DNA from: a virus
Lineage: Duplodnaviria; Caudoviricetes
Length of the DNA: 50,321 nt
IMG/VR virus record: IMGVR_UViG_3300030104_006563
Location: 1 to 50,321 of that record
Strand: one strand, 5' to 3'
Made by a program: the position numbers and the translations under genes. Below, in pieces: positions 37,627-48,300 of the stretch. Below the pieces are notes generated by a model that saw nothing but the letters and a program-made list of their open reading frames with translations, made no database searches and was not told where the DNA came from. The number at the start of each line of letters is the position of its first letter. Position 1 is the stretch's first letter.

Positions 37627-39616
37627 GAAAGTTAAAAAGGATAAGAAGCGATTTGAACTGATTATGAACAGGTTTGAAAGAGATAAGGACTACAAAGATA
37701 GCTGTAATCTCCCAGAACTATGGAACGAATATGAGAGAGCATATCAGAACAAGTATTACGATCAAAAGAAGTTAAAAGAGATTGATAACTTGGGATATCT
37801 TCCAACAGTAAACTTATTCGCTGAAGCTGTAAGGGTTATATCTGCTGTAATGACCTCATCTCCACCAAAGCCAAATGTTAAGGCTGAGTTGTTTGACATT
37901 GATCTAACTCAGGATAACTCTGCTGTAATGGAGGAATCTTCTGTATATGCACAACAAATCCAGAGAGAAGCTGTTAAGGTTTGGCATGAGACTATGATGC
38001 AAGAAAGACTAGAGCAGACAAGTAAATCATCATTAAAGCATGGAGCTGGGATGATTAAGGTTTGCTATGATCGTAAGTATGGCTGGATGAATAAGGTTAG
38101 ACCACTTGAAAACATGTTTCCAGATAGGGATGCTGGAACAATGGATGATTGCAAGTTAAGTCACTTTTCTGATGCTGAGTATATGAGTGTAGACAAGATC
38201 GAAAGGGTCTATGGTGTAAGGGTTAAAGCTGAAGGTAATTTGGAAAAGGATGGTATATTCATTCCTTATAAGACTCCAAAGGAAGATTTATCTGGACATG
38301 GTTATGCACTTGTGATAGAGCATTACGATTGGGATGATTCAATGACCAGCCATGAAGAAGCTGAACTTACTGAGAATGGTCAAAGAGTTATAGACAATGA
38401 GGGCACAATTGTTACAAGGGAAACTGAGGTGCAAAAATATCCTAATGGAAGAATAACAACTATCATTCGCTCACTAGAGAATGCAATTGTAAGAGATGTA
38501 CCTTCAAGTTATGATAGATTGCCTTATTTCCTTATTAAGCATGATGCTCAGGATTATTGGTTTTGGGGAACATCTACATATGAAGATGTAAGAGAATTGC
38601 TATGGGACTTGTTTCAGACTCTAGGGGATATTACAGAGAATGTAAAGCTTAGAGGTAATCCACCTGTAGTTAAAAACCATGCAGAGAAATTAGCTGAAGG
38701 CGATGAAGCTGGAATGGATAGAGTTAGAGCTGGTGATGAGGTGATTGAAAAGATACCTAATTCAAGAAGATATATGACTCCACCAGATATTGCATCAGGA
38801 TTCAAGCATGTTGAATTATTGCAAAGCTATATAGACCTGTTAATGGGTAATAGTGATGCACTTAGAGGGCTTGGTAGTTCATCTGGTCAATCAGGAGCTC
38901 ATTTAAGACAATTAATTGAACAAGCTACAGGTAAACTCGCACCAGATGTAAAAGCTGTATCCAAACTAGCTATAGACATTTTTAGGCATATTATATACAT
39001 CATCCAGACTCAGTATGAAGATACTATCATACAAAGAGTAGAGGATAAAGAAGATGGTGATGGAATGGAATATGAACAGTTTGAGCCTAAAGCTGGTAGA
39101 ATGGTTGATGAGATGGGCAAGATTGTACCAAGATTTAAACTAGAGGTTTCTGGTGGAGATATGGACTTGCTACCTGTTAATAGGGTTGAGGAGTATCAAA
39201 TTGCATCCACTTTAAACCAGCAAGGCAAACTATCGGATAGTCAGCTTATAGACATCTCACCTGTAAGGAATAAACAACAGGCAAAGAACCATGCTGTGCT
39301 CCATAATCAGCAAGTACAGGCGATGCAACAGTTACAGGCAGAGAATGAACAACTTGTTAATATGGTGAAAGAGATGCAAAAAGGACAGCCTAGCCAACAG
39401 GTTGAAGCACCAGCAAATGAACCACCTCCAATGACAGAAAAGGAAAGAGAGATATATGCTCAAGGTGGAACAGATGCACAGATGATTGAACTTGCCCATG
39501 AGAGTCCAATGGAGTTTCTTGAGCTTATAAATCAGAAGCCTGAGATGTATATGCAAAACAGTACCATACAAGCTATAATGGAGTCAATGCCAGAACTTGA
39601 ACAACAAATACGATAA
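37616..39616 (+). CDS. Portal protein
   Basis: Follows terL; 666 aa; G.G.IKV.YD, LPYF..FWG and ALRG..SG motifs; Q-rich C-terminal helix typical of P22-like portals. Confidence 0.8.
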   Translation: MPDKKVKKDKKRFELIMNRFERDKDYKDSCNLPELWNEYERAYQNKYYDQKKLKEIDNLGYLPTVNLFAEAVRVISAVMTSSPPKPNVKAELFDIDLTQDNSAVMEESSVYAQQIQREAVKVWHETMMQERLEQTSKSSLKHGAGMIKVCYDRKYGWMNKVRPLENMFPDRDAGTMDDCKLSHFSDAEYMSVDKIERVYGVRVKAEGNLEKDGIFIPYKTPKEDLSGHGYALVIEHYDWDDSMTSHEEAELTENGQRVIDNEGTIVTRETEVQKYPNGRITTIIRSLENAIVRDVPSSYDRLPYFLIKHDAQDYWFWGTSTYEDVRELLWDLFQTLGDITENVKLRGNPPVVKNHAEKLAEGDEAGMDRVRAGDEVIEKIPNSRRYMTPPDIASGFKHVELLQSYIDLLMGNSDALRGLGSSSGQSGAHLRQLIEQATGKLAPDVKAVSKLAIDIFRHIIYIIQTQYEDTIIQRVEDKEDGDGMEYEQFEPKAGRMVDEMGKIVPRFKLEVSGGDMDLLPVNRVEEYQIASTLNQQGKLSDSQLIDISPVRNKQQAKNHAVLHNQQVQAMQQLQAENEQLVNMVKEMQKGQPSQQVEAPANEPPPMTEKEREIYAQGGTDAQMIELAHESPMEFLELINQKPEMYMQNSTIQAIMESMPELEQQIR

Positions 39617-39839
39617 AGAAACAGCCATAAAGAAACTTAAACAAGTAACCACAAAAGGTTACTTTGGAACAGTTGTTATTGATACATCTGAAGAACCTTA
39701 CTCATCTTACGAGAGTCGATCTCATAAGTGGAATATGGAAGAACTTATAAAGGCTCTAAACACCGAGTCTGGTAAGTACAGAATAGGTATTCAGAATGGT
39801 AAAATATGCTCAGTTCATGTAGAGCAGAAATTATTTTAA
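39597..39839 (+). CDS. Small hypothetical protein (DUF2292/YezD-like pattern)
   Basis: GYFGTVVI..IGIQNGKI..V. Confidence 0.45.
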   Translation: MNNKYDKETAIKKLKQVTTKGYFGTVVIDTSEEPYSSYESRSHKWNMEELIKALNTESGKYRIGIQNGKICSVHVEQKLF

Positions 39840-39842
39840 GTT

Positions 39843-39866
39843 TTAAGGCTAAACATATTTTATATG
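39843..39866 (+). promoter_or_regulatory. Late-gene motif, copy 3 (upstream of scaffold/capsid)
   Basis: TTAAGGCTAAA-CATATT-TTATATG. Confidence 0.65.
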
Positions 39867-40031
39867 AAATAATTTAATTCATGTGTAATGGATTAATATT
39901 ACATGCTAGACCTACCAGAAGCAATTTAAAAGGCTTTGTGGGGGTATCATCAAGTTAACCGAACAATGGTACTTTGGAGTTTTGAGTGCCATTTTTTTCA
40001 ATAGTGTCGAAAGACCAACTACGGAGAAAAT

Positions 40032-41051
40032 ATGTCAGAAGAGATAACAAAAGATGCACCTGTGAGTACAGATACTACTGAGGTATCTGGACAGCCTGAG
40101 CTTAAAAAAGGCTTACCCTCAACTATGTCTAGTGAGGATGCTCAAAGTTTGAGAGATAGTATGCTAAAAGGTAGGGATAAAAATTTCAATATCATAGACC
40201 CTGATAAAGGCAACGATGGTAAAGATAAGGAGGGTTCGTCAAGTACCTCGACTAAGAAAGCTGAAAGTGAAGAGTCCTCTGCTGATGCAGAGCAACCAAG
40301 TAGCGACACAGCAAGTGACGATGCAGTAGAGTTCGACTTCTCTACTTTAAAAGGTGAAGATAAGACTAATGCCGAGAATTGGCAGAAGAGTCTTACCGAA
40401 AAAAGTCAGGCTCTAGCTAACGAGAAGAAGGAATTTGAAGCACTTCTTAGTAAGCATGGGGATGATGTAAAGCTCGGTCTTGAAAAAGAAAGGGAAGAAT
40501 TTGAAGCTGAAAAGTCTAGGTATGACTTTGAAGGCTTGAGAGCTATCGTAGGTGATCAGGGTAGTGTTGAATTGTTGAAGGAAGTTGTGGAATTATACAA
40601 CGAAGACCATCCAGACTCTAAGATAGAAGGAAACCCTTTTGATAACTTGCTTAATCCTGAAATGTCAGAGAAAGAAAAGCAGTTAATGGAAGAACAGGCG
40701 AAATTAACAGTAGATAGGGAAGAGATGGAACTTTCAAAGTTAGACTCTAAATATGCAAAGGATGAGAAGAAGGTGGCTAAGCTATGGCAATATGCTATAG
40801 ACAATAAGTTGCCTGATCTTAAATCTGCATACAAACTAGAGAGCTATGATAATATGACCAATGAGTTGAAAGATGCTCGTAATGAGGTCAAAGAACTCAA
40901 AGCTAGACTAGATAAAGATGCTGTCCCAACTCTTGGTACTAAGAGCATTACTCCTCAATCTGAAAAGATAGATGTAACAAAGCTGACTCCTCAACAGCGA
41001 TCTGATAGAGCACTTGAACAATATAATAATCTAATACAAAATAAGAGGTAA
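40032..41051 (+). CDS. Capsid scaffolding protein
   Basis: Acidic disordered N-terminus, coiled coil (TEKSQALANEKK), immediately before the capsid gene. Confidence 0.75.
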   Translation: MSEEITKDAPVSTDTTEVSGQPELKKGLPSTMSSEDAQSLRDSMLKGRDKNFNIIDPDKGNDGKDKEGSSSTSTKKAESEESSADAEQPSSDTASDDAVEFDFSTLKGEDKTNAENWQKSLTEKSQALANEKKEFEALLSKHGDDVKLGLEKEREEFEAEKSRYDFEGLRAIVGDQGSVELLKEVVELYNEDHPDSKIEGNPFDNLLNPEMSEKEKQLMEEQAKLTVDREEMELSKLDSKYAKDEKKVAKLWQYAIDNKLPDLKSAYKLESYDNMTNELKDARNEVKELKARLDKDAVPTLGTKSITPQSEKIDVTKLTPQQRSDRALEQYNNLIQNKR

Positions 41052-41057
41052 ATAGAT

Positions 41058-42098
41058 ATGCCAGAACCTAATGCTAATTGGGATGAAATAACTGCTGTGG
41101 TAAGGGAGAATTTCCTACCAGGGTATGAACAAAATGTGTTTGAAGGAAACTTTCTTTTAAATGAACTAGCTAAGAAAAAGAAAACTTATGATGGTGGTTC
41201 TAAAATAGAAGAAAGACTAGTGTATGGTACTCATACTTCAAATTGGATGGCTGAATTTGGTCAGAGATTTGGAGATGGTACACCTGAAAACACTCGTATA
41301 ATGACTGTTGCTGAGTATGAACCTGTAACAGCTCAGGCTGATGTTGTAATCAGTTTAAAGGATGATGCATCAGTTCGTGGTGCAGGAAAAATGCTTGACC
41401 TTATAGAAGCTAAACTTGAAAATGCAAAAGAGAGTATGCAACAGTTCTTCTCTGAGCATATTCTGGGTGAAGGTTCTACAAATGTGGCTAACTCCTGTAA
41501 CTCAATGTATGACCTTATAGAGGTTGATGATGCAACTGTTGGTGGAATCGATGCAAGTGCTGTAGGCAATACTTGGTGGAAATCTCAGAACCTTTTGGCT
41601 GGGAATGATGCTGGTAATGGTAATGCTTTATTCGCACTTACAGGTGATGATGCTTACACTTTAGACAAGTTGTCTGATCCAACATCTGAGTGGACAATCC
41701 GTAAGGTCTTAGCTAAGATCGATTCAATGTGTAAGTTCGGTGTGAAGACTCCAGACTTGTATGTAGTTCCTCAGAATATCTGGGACTGTTATGAACAGTA
41801 TCTTACTGAGAAACAGGCTCTTGAGCAAAACCAAATGGGATTTGATGGTTTTGATGTTCTTAAGTTCCGTTCTAATGCAAAAGTGATCGCTGATCCTAAT
41901 GCACAAGATGGAAAGATTCTTGCTCTTAACACTAATTATTTAAAGCTAAGACCTCATCAGGACTTTGACTTTGTAATGGGTGACTTTGAGAAAGTATCTG
42001 GTTACAATGCTCGTTCAGCTGATTTAACATGGATCGGCAATGTGACATGTAACAATCGTAGAACTCAAGGTATTGTAACAGGAATGCCTACATCGTAA
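41058..42098 (+). CDS. Major capsid protein
   Basis: 346 aa; GGSKIEE.L.YG, VGGID..WWK, LNTNYL and GNVTCNNRR.QG motifs; position after the scaffold. Confidence 0.85.
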   Translation: MPEPNANWDEITAVVRENFLPGYEQNVFEGNFLLNELAKKKKTYDGGSKIEERLVYGTHTSNWMAEFGQRFGDGTPENTRIMTVAEYEPVTAQADVVISLKDDASVRGAGKMLDLIEAKLENAKESMQQFFSEHILGEGSTNVANSCNSMYDLIEVDDATVGGIDASAVGNTWWKSQNLLAGNDAGNGNALFALTGDDAYTLDKLSDPTSEWTIRKVLAKIDSMCKFGVKTPDLYVVPQNIWDCYEQYLTEKQALEQNQMGFDGFDVLKFRSNAKVIADPNAQDGKILALNTNYLKLRPHQDFDFVMGDFEKVSGYNARSADLTWIGNVTCNNRRTQGIVTGMPTS

Positions 42099-42120
42099 AG
42101 TTGTAGTTTAATATTCAGAT

Positions 42121-42151
42121 TCCCTCCTTGTGCTTTTTGCATAGGGAGGGA
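42121..42151 (+). terminator. Strong hairpin after the capsid gene (partial terminator or stabiliser)
   Basis: TCCCTCCTTGTGC / GCATAGGGAGGGA stem; no T tail. Confidence 0.5.
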
Positions 42152-42174
42152 TGACGATTAATCAGGAGATATTA

Positions 42175-42849
42175 ATGACAGGTAATAATTTAATTGATGC
42201 ATTAGGACTAAGGCTGGATGATCCTTCTGCAACTATGTTCACAGATACAGCTAGAATGGATGCTATTAATATTGCACAGAAAACTGTGGTTAATATGATT
42301 GATAATGCTTATTTGCAAGAACTTGAAACTGTTGTAACAGGTGTGAGTGTTTATGATACTGATCCTGATCCAGATGAGCTTTTAGGGTATGTAACATTTA
42401 CTGATGCTTTTAGTACAGCACTTCCTATAAGGAATGGTATTGTGGCTATCAAAGATGTTACTGCTCAAAAATTTTGCACAATTATAGAGCCAAAAGATGC
42501 TAAAAGACTTGAAAATTCATATTTGTCTGGTAGTGCTACTAATCCTATTGCTTACACTTTTGATCAGAAGGTGTATTTAGAATCAGGAACAGCACCTACA
42601 GGTGGAATAGATATATGGTACTTAGTTGCTCCAACTGACTTCACTTCTAGCACACTTACTGCTGAATGTGTACTAAATCCTTCATTGCATGAAACTGTTT
42701 TAGACTTTGCTGAGTCACAGCTTTGGAAGATGGATGGTAAAGCAGATCGTGGTCAAAGTGCTTATCAAAGTGCTCTTGGTACAATTAAGGTTTTAAATGA
42801 TCGTTATGCGATAGAGAAGCCACAAGGTATAGGTGGAAAGACTAGATGA
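42175..42849 (+). CDS. Head-tail adaptor/ring protein
   Basis: AGGAG Shine-Dalgarno before ATG 42175; RLDD..F..INIAQ..Y..P..LHE.VLDFA. Confidence 0.65.
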   Translation: MTGNNLIDALGLRLDDPSATMFTDTARMDAINIAQKTVVNMIDNAYLQELETVVTGVSVYDTDPDPDELLGYVTFTDAFSTALPIRNGIVAIKDVTAQKFCTIIEPKDAKRLENSYLSGSATNPIAYTFDQKVYLESGTAPTGGIDIWYLVAPTDFTSSTLTAECVLNPSLHETVLDFAESQLWKMDGKADRGQSAYQSALGTIKVLNDRYAIEKPQGIGGKTR

Positions 42850-43112
42850 TCGTAAAAGTATCCTTAGAGACAGGTCAGGATACTCAGAGTAACCCAGAGT
42901 CTTTAGGGACAGAAAGGGCTACTCAGATTAAGCAATTTGAGACAACTAGGGCTGGGATTTTAAGTAAAATGCCTGTTCCAGCTCAAGTGTCTTTAATTCC
43001 AAGCTCTCAAATAACAACACTTAAAAGATGGAATCCTTCAAATGGAGATGCTCTCTGGGTCGGATTCGATAAGACATCCAAACAGGTAATAACCCTCAAA
43101 TCAATAGTGTAA
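42846..43112 (+). CDS. Probable N-terminal fragment of the tail nozzle protein
   Basis: TGQDTQSNPESL..A....F....G.L.K resembles the start of podovirus nozzle/stabilization proteins. Confidence 0.5.
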   Translation: MIVKVSLETGQDTQSNPESLGTERATQIKQFETTRAGILSKMPVPAQVSLIPSSQITTLKRWNPSNGDALWVGFDKTSKQVITLKSIV

Positions 43113-43119
43113 GGAATAT

Positions 43120-44544
43120 ATGAATTATAAATACAAGCCAACATGGACAAATACACCAGCAAGTTCACTAGCTTCAACAGGTGATCTTTATTTATCAAAA
43201 GGAGCACCCATAAGACAGGGAGATGTTTTTATTATTACAGATTATGTGGGCTATAATGATCCACCATCTTCAATAATTGGGAGTACAGCAGAAATCTTTA
43301 TGGATGCCAAGCAAGGGGAAATAAAAGTTGGTGACATATTTATAACCCTATGGGCTAGTTCTGATAATATGGGTGTGCTATACTTAGGTAGAAATATGTA
43401 CCTAAAAGATAATCACTTGAGATTTTCAGGCAGTACCCAAAACCTTCCTTATCATATAAAAACATCTGATCAAATGAGCTTTGATTGGACTAAGCCTTCA
43501 AATGTTGCTTATGATGAGATTGTAATAGGTATGTTCACAATAGGTGCAAAAGCTACAAATGGTGGTCTTTTTGGTCACCTTCAAAATGCTGGTGATATGA
43601 AGCTAGGTGTGAATACTATGGCTAACAATTTTGCAACTATACATAATGAACAAAACAATCTAAATCTTGAAACAAAATCTTGGAAAGGGACTCAGAATGA
43701 ATTTTCTGGTGGTGGTGAATTTGATGGAACTACCTTAATAACTCCTGTCTTGGTAGGTGTTTTTTATTATAATAATGGAGAGATTGTTTCTTGCTCTGTA
43801 AATGGAAGTGTTACACTAAGGGATGGTACGAGATCGAGCCAGACCTATGGTACTGTCTCTGGATACTTACAATCAACCTTCTCTGGTAATATAGATGAGT
43901 TCACAGTAGATAATGCTAATTCTCCTCCACAGGATCAAACCTTAGAAGCTAGATATAATTATCTTATGGATGAAGATATAGCTATTCTCGCTTCAGGTGA
44001 AAATATAGATGGTACAGTTTTACTTACATCAGAGTTCTCATGGGTTAATGATGATTCTGTAGGTATAGGCATTATGTCTGGTTTTACAGGAAGAGTGAAT
44101 CTTTCTACATGTGCTGGTACAGGGTTAACACTTATCGAAATAGGTGTTGATGATTCATTTAAAGTGACAATACTTAATACTTCTGGTGAAAATATGGTAG
44201 CCCAGCCTTGGGAGATTGTCTTTAGGTCAACATCAAATGGTCAGGATACAGTTGTTGGAGATTCAGGTGCTAATTCAGAAACTATAGTGCCATACAATAA
44301 TACAGTTGGAAATTGGCTATGTTTAGAATGTGACCTTACAGGCAGTTCAACTCCACAGGATACATATGAAATTTGGGTAAAAAGAACAAGTGCTTCTCAG
44401 GTTACTTGGTCTAATACAGGCTGTACTGCTGAAGTTCATGCGACCTTGACAGATATATACATTATAAATCCATCGGCTGGTGCAAACCTTGCTGTAGATG
44501 AAGAGGTTTCTGTTACATGGGGTAACATAGTAGATACTGAATAA
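43120..44544 (+). CDS. Beta-rich tail/receptor-binding-like protein
   Basis: T/S/G/N-rich, located in the tail module. Confidence 0.6.
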   Translation: MNYKYKPTWTNTPASSLASTGDLYLSKGAPIRQGDVFIITDYVGYNDPPSSIIGSTAEIFMDAKQGEIKVGDIFITLWASSDNMGVLYLGRNMYLKDNHLRFSGSTQNLPYHIKTSDQMSFDWTKPSNVAYDEIVIGMFTIGAKATNGGLFGHLQNAGDMKLGVNTMANNFATIHNEQNNLNLETKSWKGTQNEFSGGGEFDGTTLITPVLVGVFYYNNGEIVSCSVNGSVTLRDGTRSSQTYGTVSGYLQSTFSGNIDEFTVDNANSPPQDQTLEARYNYLMDEDIAILASGENIDGTVLLTSEFSWVNDDSVGIGIMSGFTGRVNLSTCAGTGLTLIEIGVDDSFKVTILNTSGENMVAQPWEIVFRSTSNGQDTVVGDSGANSETIVPYNNTVGNWLCLECDLTGSSTPQDTYEIWVKRTSASQVTWSNTGCTAEVHATLTDIYIINPSAGANLAVDEEVSVTWGNIVDTE

Positions 44545-44546
44545 GG

Positions 44547-45341
44547 TTGGAGTTTAATACTGAAATAACTTCCATTCCTACCTTCCAGACTCGACCCCAG
44601 AAGTCTGGGGATGATGCTCCTTATCAAATAGCTGTAAGAGGTGAAAAGTGGAGAACAGGTGGTGCTCTTAATGGGACTACTGTAAAGCTCTATCTCGTAA
44701 GAGAGAATGCCGAATGGAACAATATTGATGGAGAAGGCTGGTATGGGACTGACTCAAACAATACAGCATTAAGTATAACTAATGTTTCTCAAGGGACTTA
44801 CACAGGAGGCTTTACATTGCATTCTAGTGTTCCACCTTGGGGAGTTTTTTACCTTGTGGCTGTAGATGTGAATGAAGGAATAAATAGAATAGGAATGCTC
44901 CAAATGCGAGATGCGACTTTATCAGCGATTTATTTACTGACACCTGACCCAAACGATATATGGAGCTTAGATTATAATTATTCTGTTATGTGGGGGAATA
45001 TAGATGATGGAGCAAGAATTTTTTATAGTCTGGGAGTAGGTATTTATATAACAGGATTTTACATGGTTCAAAAAGCAAATATGTCCCTCCAGACATGGAC
45101 TGTTTTATTGCTTTATTGTTCTGTCAGTTGTGCATCTAAAGTTAGGGTTATGGGCACTACAGGTGGTGTTGTAGAGGCAGAGCTTAATACATCGAATCCT
45201 CCACAATATCAATTCTGGGAAAACTTTGGCGATATATCTTTGCAAATAAAGGTTTTGGCAAATACTTGGACAGGCAATCCAGAATCTCCTTATCAAGATG
45301 CTTTTTTATGGTTTGATAATGGTAATGAGGATTGGAGTTAA
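44547..45341 (+). CDS. Beta-rich tail-associated protein
   Basis: TTG start; shares the TL..IY...P.....SV.WGNI motif with the previous ORF. Confidence 0.55.
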   Translation: MEFNTEITSIPTFQTRPQKSGDDAPYQIAVRGEKWRTGGALNGTTVKLYLVRENAEWNNIDGEGWYGTDSNNTALSITNVSQGTYTGGFTLHSSVPPWGVFYLVAVDVNEGINRIGMLQMRDATLSAIYLLTPDPNDIWSLDYNYSVMWGNIDDGARIFYSLGVGIYITGFYMVQKANMSLQTWTVLLLYCSVSCASKVRVMGTTGGVVEAELNTSNPPQYQFWENFGDISLQIKVLANTWTGNPESPYQDAFLWFDNGNEDWS

Positions 45342-48300
45342 ATGCAGATTAATTTATTAAAAAAATCTGGTGATGCTAATTTTTCTGTAGATAGAATCAT
45401 TGCACAAAATATTGACAATCAAGGCTCAGGAGGAACTTATGATTGGTCAGTTCCAACTGATTTGGAAAGCCATGATCCTTTAGGAGCTCAGTACACATAT
45501 CAAATTCAAATTGTTGATTCTGATTGGGAAGGCAATACTGTAACAGGCGAATCAAACTTTTTACTTATTGACATTGATGGCGATGGTGTAGAGACTCAGC
45601 CTTCATTGAATACTGAAAATGTCCGTATACACAATTATGGAGATCAGCTCAGATTCTCAAATGGGCTTGAAGAAAAACCAAAGATTATGCAGTATATTGA
45701 CAGAGATTTGTTCTGGGGAGAATCTACAGAATTTTCACATGCCTATACCACTCAGACTAATGGAACAGCGACCACAACGACTGTGACCAACGATGCAGAT
45801 GGGACTTACAAAGTTTATCATGTAGATGATTATAGCTCTTATCTCAACTATGTTTGCTCAGGTCAAGTTGTTACAGGTATTAAGCTGGTTGAATATTATG
45901 ATACAGCTACATCCACATGGAAAGATATAAGCACAGATAGTAATCTTCATTGGACTCATATAACAGAAAATTTAGGTGGTGTTTATGGTGATGAGCTTGG
46001 CTTTAGATCAAATGATACAAGCCATCATACAACTGTTAAAGTCTGGAAAGATGATCTTGGTTTAAATGGATTGCAATTTAGAATAACATATTTTAGAAGC
46101 GACACTTATGGATACAAGGGACTGCACTATGATACAAGCTATCCGAGACTCGAAGATACAGATTTTAACTTTTCTATAAGTGAAGATACAACAGGTGATG
46201 ATCTTGGTATGAATCTTGGTTCTAGTTCTACACATACCTCTTATTATTACAAAATGTCTCCTGTATTTGATGGTAACCAAGAAGGTGCTATTACTAAAAA
46301 TTTCCATGCAGATACATCGCTTTTTACTTCAAATGCTCATTCAGTTAATCTTGATATTCAATTTAATGGATCAGTAAATCCTAGACTTACAAGTTTTAAG
46401 CTGTACAGGGCTAAAGTTAATCCTAAAGGTATATATGAGCAGATTGCAAATATATCAACAGGAGGTAGGTTAGACGATGGTACAATTGAATTTTCTACTG
46501 ATTTTGTACAGCTAACTAACAAGCTTTATACACCACAGCCTGTTTTAGAATCAGTAAATGCAACATCAGGACTTACCCCAGCAGTAGGGGATTATATAGT
46601 ATTTTCAGCAAGTGCTTATAAGGGATGGGGATATGATGATACAGAGACTGAAATAACAACTATTACAGATGCAAATAGAATAGAGCTTACTCATTCTAGC
46701 ACTATATGGGCAATGGTTAGAGATATAGTAAGGTTTGATAATAATAAAGGGGTTGATTTTCCTTTTAACTTTAACGAGTCTAGTGGCTGGGTTACTCAAG
46801 ATGCAACAGGTTTTACTGAGGACATGAACAATGATGGTGGAACTCTCAGGGCTAAATGGACAACTGCTGATAATGAATTTGGTGCTATAACTTTTAAAAC
46901 AAATTCTCCAAATATAACTGTAACTGCTGGGAAATCATACTATATCGATATTCAAGAAATGCATTATTATCTTGATACTGTAGGTACAGGAGCTAATTGG
47001 ATGAAGGCATATGTAAAGGATGGCAGTAACACGACTCAGATTGGAGATACCCTTACAGGTGTTGGTTCAGACGGATTATCAGCAGAAGAAGATAGGCAAA
47101 TGACCTATACTCCTGTTACAGGAACTATAACAATTGAGTTATGGGTTCATAGTGCTGGTGGTATTAGTGGTGGTGGTGAGGTAAATGCAAAAGCAGATAA
47201 TGTAAGGGTTGGTCAAATTGGAACAGTAGTAGTTCCAGATATAGATTGGTTTGGTGGTGATAGAGCAATTTACTTTCCTACCAATACTTTTGGCAATCAA
47301 GATTCTCAGGTTAATAAGCAATTATTAATTAGTGAAAATGGTGAAATAGATACAGCAACAGTAAGTCAAAATGTAGATGCAAATATTAGAAGTGTTCTTA
47401 GAGTTCCAACTGCCATATCTTCTAATGCAACCCACTTATACTTGGTGGGTGACTACTATTGGGAGAAGACATCTTTAGGTAGCACTTTAAAGTTTCAGGA
47501 TAAATTTATTACACCTACAACAGAGCATCCTTTTGGTGATGTTCCCTTAACATTGAACTACAGCGATTCATTCTACATGAATGGTAGAAACTTTGTTACT
47601 AAGGGCAAGATGATAAACAATGCTGTTGAGGAAGATCACAAGAATTGGGTTTGGTTTTCAGAACTTGGTCAGCCAGATGTTATTCCTATTACCAATTATA
47701 TACAAATTAAAGACAGGCAAGGTGGCGATACTACAGCACTTATTGGACTACTTGGGAATCTAGCTGTATTCTCAGAAAGAGGTATATTCAATTTAAACAT
47801 ACCATCGGCAGACCCAACAGCTTGGACAATGGATGAAGCTGAACCTAATCTTGGAACTAAATCTGCTGATAGTATAGTTGAATATAAAGGTGGAGCTTTC
47901 TTCTGTACCAATAGTGGTATCTATTACCTGAGTCCAAATTTTGAAGTTACTGAACTATCTAAGGCTATTAGCGATGAGTATAAGTCAATATATAGTGAAG
48001 GGAATGCTCATTCTACAATTGATGTTTTAAAGAATAGGCTTTGTGTACTGCCTAGCAAAGGTGATTCTATAGAGTATATCTTGGATTTAAATACACTTAA
48101 CAGTCCTAAATGGCATACTAGGGGTAGCTCATCTGCTAATGTGTTAACTAAGGATGAAGATAATAAGATTTATTCTATAAGGCAAAATGGAAGCAGTTCA
48201 ATTATATATGATATGGAATCTGAATCTTATGGATTTACTCAACTTGGAGAGCAAGAAGCAGTTTTTAAAACAGGCTGGATATCTACAAGCGAACTAGGTC

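Noticed and set aside
45339-45344. Stop-codon readthrough or recoding joining the in-frame ORFs 44547 and 45342
   Set aside because: The stop is TAA and a GGAG Shine-Dalgarno precedes the ATG; all three stop codons end genes normally elsewhere in the genome.
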